DNA from: Dehalococcoidia bacterium
GTDB taxonomy: Bacteria > Chloroflexota > Dehalococcoidia > GIF9 > UBA5629
Assembly (NCBI GenBank): GCA_050011565.1
Contig: JBEKIW010000004.1
Span: forward strand, 113,522 to 177,521
Reading direction: 5' to 3'
Length of the DNA stretch: 64,000 nt
Below are positions 61,199 to 64,000 of the stretch, in pieces (the stretch's first letter is position 1; every line of letters starts with the position of its first letter). Below the pieces are notes generated by a model that did not search any database, had not been told where the DNA came from, and saw nothing but the letters and a program-made list of their open reading frames with translations. The translations under genes were made by a program, and so were the position numbers.

Positions 61199-63652
61199 CT
61201 ACTTCGGTGTATCATCCAGCTCATCGGTCGGCGGAGAGTCTTCCCTGATGGATATCTTGCCTATAATATATTCTATGTTTTTGGCTATGTGCCATCTCGT
61301 TGAGGGCCATGAAAAGGATAGCTCTTGGTCTGGCAACTCTTGCCATTGGGCATCAAGATAGTCGCAAAATAGTTCTGCCCTATCAAGTCTGTCCGTTATT
61401 ATATCCACATCATCAATTTTATCCCGCGAGTTTTTATCCACTATAGGGGTATCTACTATCATCGCATCCACATAAGTGAATTGCCTAATTAGTTTTTTAA
61501 CATAATATGAACCGGAGGTAGTGATGCGATAATGAGAGGTTGGTACTAACCTCTCGGCTTCCCGCGCCTTGGTTGGTAATTCAATGAGATTATGGCGAAG
61601 GAGTCTTTTGATTGCCCAGTCTATCTGAAAAGGATTGAATCCAACACTCTGTGCATATGCATAGATGTCTGACACCGGAACAAATCCATCACTGATGGAG
61701 CGCTGCGACCACCGGTCTAACTGAGCTAACAATATAGAGGAGAGGAAGTGTTCCCTACCGTCTGGCGTTGAGATATCAAAGAGATTCATAATTTCGGACG
61801 CACCTGGGCTATAGTACTCGTGGTCACCATATGTAACAGCACGAATAAACTCATGTAGTGGCACCAAGTAGCTTCCTTGAACTTTGAATATATCGAGAAT
61901 TTTCCCTGTGTCAACATGGCCACTACCAATGAACACTCGGACAAATGCCAACGCGAGACGAATATTCCCGCCCACCATATTATCAAGAAACTGCATTAAA
62001 TGGAGATTATTGCTGAACGAATGAATTAAGACTTTTAGATAGTTACCCAGCCTTTCACTTTTTACATGCACATCTCCCGATAACAGAAATTGACCTGTCT
62101 CTAGCAGCTTGAGCCCATAGATAAGACGCCTATTTACTACCTCATCCACTCGCGGTGGTGCAATCGTAAATGCTCTCGGGTGATAGGCACTAATAGTTCC
62201 GGATATCTTAGACCTATAGAACGTCTCTGGTCTGATAGTAATAAAAACTGTAACCGGCCAGTTTTCTGCTATGCTTTCCGCAACCAAGAAAGCCTGGTCT
62301 TGAAACTCATAGGAGCGCTGGTCTACGTTATCAAGGAAGATTACGAGTTGCTTCTTGTGGCCTCTCTCGATGTGATTGAGACACTTCTTGAGATAGCTAT
62401 CTTTATCACGCACTTTTTCTGCAATAAATTCTACCTGTTTCTTTTTGAACTCTGTTGGGTTGGTTTCCTTTACATCACCGTATATACCTTTATCAAAAAG
62501 CTGTATGTCACGGTGCAGAACGCCATGTACGAAGTTGCGCTCCTCGATATTAATATTATGCTTTTCCAATAACTGCCCCACCATCTCACTCTCTATGAAG
62601 GTTCGTAAATCCTTCTCCAGGGTGGGCTTATGTCCGAAGTCGATATAGAATACTAGCGTGTTTGAGAAAACTTCAGGCTCGCGAACCTGATAGAGATGCT
62701 TAATGAACATGGTCTTGCCAACCCCAATATCACCAACCAGAAGAATTGGCCTTCGGCTCAGGCTTTTGGCAAGGAAATCTGGGCTTAAGCCTTTTTTGGT
62801 TGTCACAGGCACAAGAGAAGGTCCTTCAGTTTGGTTTTGGAAAATTGCCGAATAGCGTGCTCGCAGTATATCTTTGCTTATCGTCGCATATTGCGAAAGA
62901 GCTCCGCTTTCACAATAGCATTCTTTTAAGAATTCTTGCTCTTTGCCATTCATACCCAGACTGGCTATATCCTCAATAAAGAGTTCTCCAAGAATTTGCA
63001 GGTCCGTTTGCAAGTTGTTCCTTCGTTTGAAACCCGGGTAGCCAGTGATTCCCTTTGATAGCTTCTCTGGCACTGGAGCAATATTAACATCCTGCAGCTC
63101 TATTGAAAGGTGACGAGACACTACACCTAATTGCGATAAGCACTGCCATACTAGGAGAAAATTTTCGTGGAGGTTCGGAAGAGAGTCGAATACAATTACT
63201 TTGCCATCAAGTGGGGGACGTCCATCAGTTCGGCTAGCAACAAAAATTATAAGTTGGTGGCCGTTACACACCGCACCATAAGGAGTACCGTGACTTTGAC
63301 AATAGCTAGTCGCTTGTTCAATCGCTTTATATACTTTAGGGAAGTTATCCAGGAAGAACTTAATATCCTGCTTTTGCCTTGATTTGCCAACGGGGAGCTC
63401 AAAGTAGACGCCTTCTTTTTTTGCCTCGACTACCAACAGACATTCTGGGCAATGAAAAGAGTAATCTATGTACTTGCCATTAACCCTTTCCTCAGCTGTA
63501 CAGTCTTCGCGCTGCCAAGCGAGGCATTCAAAGAAGAGCCGGTCTATCAGATGTAATCTTGTTGTTGCTTCATTCCGACTGAGCTTATCTGTGTTCTGGT
63601 CAGCCCAAATAATGAGGTTATCAAGGTTCTTCTTACCATCTTCGTATTCCAT
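61199..63652 (-). CDS. HsdR-N-like PD-(D/E)xK nuclease fused to a P-loop ATPase and winged-helix region (candidate defence protein)
   Basis: NEATTR..LID...E...IDY...VVEAKK...EQA..Y...NG nuclease motifs, Walker A GDIGVGKT, Walker B VIFLDNVD, and a wHTH-like end. Start moved to ATG 63652. Confidence 0.75.
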   Translation of the reverse strand: MEYEDGKKNLDNLIIWADQNTDKLSRNEATTRLHLIDRLFFECLAWQREDCTAEERVNGKYIDYSFHCPECLLVVEAKKEGVYFELPVGKSRQKQDIKFFLDNFPKVYKAIEQATSYCQSHGTPYGAVCNGHQLIIFVASRTDGRPPLDGKVIVFDSLPNLHENFLLVWQCLSQLGVVSRHLSIELQDVNIAPVPEKLSKGITGYPGFKRRNNLQTDLQILGELFIEDIASLGMNGKEQEFLKECYCESGALSQYATISKDILRARYSAIFQNQTEGPSLVPVTTKKGLSPDFLAKSLSRRPILLVGDIGVGKTMFIKHLYQVREPEVFSNTLVFYIDFGHKPTLEKDLRTFIESEMVGQLLEKHNINIEERNFVHGVLHRDIQLFDKGIYGDVKETNPTEFKKKQVEFIAEKVRDKDSYLKKCLNHIERGHKKQLVIFLDNVDQRSYEFQDQAFLVAESIAENWPVTVFITIRPETFYRSKISGTISAYHPRAFTIAPPRVDEVVNRRLIYGLKLLETGQFLLSGDVHVKSERLGNYLKVLIHSFSNNLHLMQFLDNMVGGNIRLALAFVRVFIGSGHVDTGKILDIFKVQGSYLVPLHEFIRAVTYGDHEYYSPGASEIMNLFDISTPDGREHFLSSILLAQLDRWSQRSISDGFVPVSDIYAYAQSVGFNPFQIDWAIKRLLRHNLIELPTKAREAERLVPTSHYRITTSGSYYVKKLIRQFTYVDAMIVDTPIVDKNSRDKIDDVDIITDRLDRAELFCDYLDAQWQELPDQELSFSWPSTRWHIAKNIEYIIGKISIREDSPPTDELDDTPK

Positions 63653-63854
63653 ACACACCACTACCCCTGTAAAAGCGATAGTATTTCTTTTGTTATCGAA
63701 TGTCAAGGCCGTACTTAAACACTGCAGAAGGAGAGTACTGTTGGTAGGCAACTGCATATTGCAGGCAAATAATCGGCGAATAAAAATGCTTTGCGCTAAG
63801 GCAGAGGAGAGGCTTCCCTCATTGCACAATAAGCCAAAATGTTACAAATGGAGC

Positions 63855-63998
63855 TTACTTTACCAGTTCGGCGGTAGTCTGCTTCTGAGCCTGCAAAATA
63901 CCTGGCAAAGCATCCTGATTGGGGATAACCATCGTGATCATGAGTATGCCTTTGTCGCTCGGCGTTGTTACGACTTGTGCCTTTCCCATCGGGTCCTG
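63855..63998 (-). CDS. C-terminal fragment of an ORF entering from beyond the window
   Basis: Open frame QDPMGKAQVVTTPSDKGILMITMVIPNQDALPGILQAQKQTTAELVK*. No recognisable motif. Confidence 0.35.
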   Translation of the reverse strand, partial: QDPMGKAQVVTTPSDKGILMITMVIPNQDALPGILQAQKQTTAELVK

Positions 63999-64000
63999 GT

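Noticed and set aside
61199-63829. Type I restriction subunit HsdR
   Set aside because: Only the N-terminal nuclease resembles HsdR. There are no DEAD-box helicase motifs and no hsdM/hsdS in view. The 59-aa upstream extension in the ORF track also looks spurious.

Overview
Bacterial chromosomal segment, most likely from a Dehalococcoidia (Chloroflexota) genome. This is an inference from gene content: a monoderm-type type IV pilus locus with no secretin, a Dehalococcoidia-style large surface protein, a PyrR-regulated pyr operon and frequent GTG/TTG starts. The left part (1-24 kb) is mostly housekeeping or accessory metabolism: serpin, a CoA-transferase pair, tRNA-Pro(GGG), PPIase-hom-thrC-folE, a GT4/GT4/prenyltransferase-like/methyltransferase cluster, and pyrR-pyrB-pyrC-carB-pyrK with no carA or pyrD. 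The middle (24-46.5 kb) is a type IV pilus locus with an unusual regulatory annex, and it is the best candidate for an undescribed system. PilB carries an N-terminal pair of apparently inactive restriction-endonuclease-like domains. The same pair forms the C-terminus of a nearby TackOD1-like zinc-ribbon protein. Four roadblock/LC7-like paralogues lie between these two genes, and a palindrome TAG(T/C/G)AC-N4-GTCCTA recurs in the promoters of the locus. The right part (46.5-64 kb) looks accessory. It holds a degraded element (Prim-Pol fragment, GTTCAA repeat array, Zot-like ATPase-HTH, zinc-ribbon tyrosine recombinase), a presenilin-like protease, a PAS/GAF hybrid kinase, a GC-rich katG, a selenocysteine (UPYC) glutaredoxin-PDZ protein truncated in the ORF track, a YyaL-family protein, and an HsdR-N-like nuclease-ATPase-wHTH candidate defence gene. 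All family assignments come from motif recognition by eye, not from database searches.
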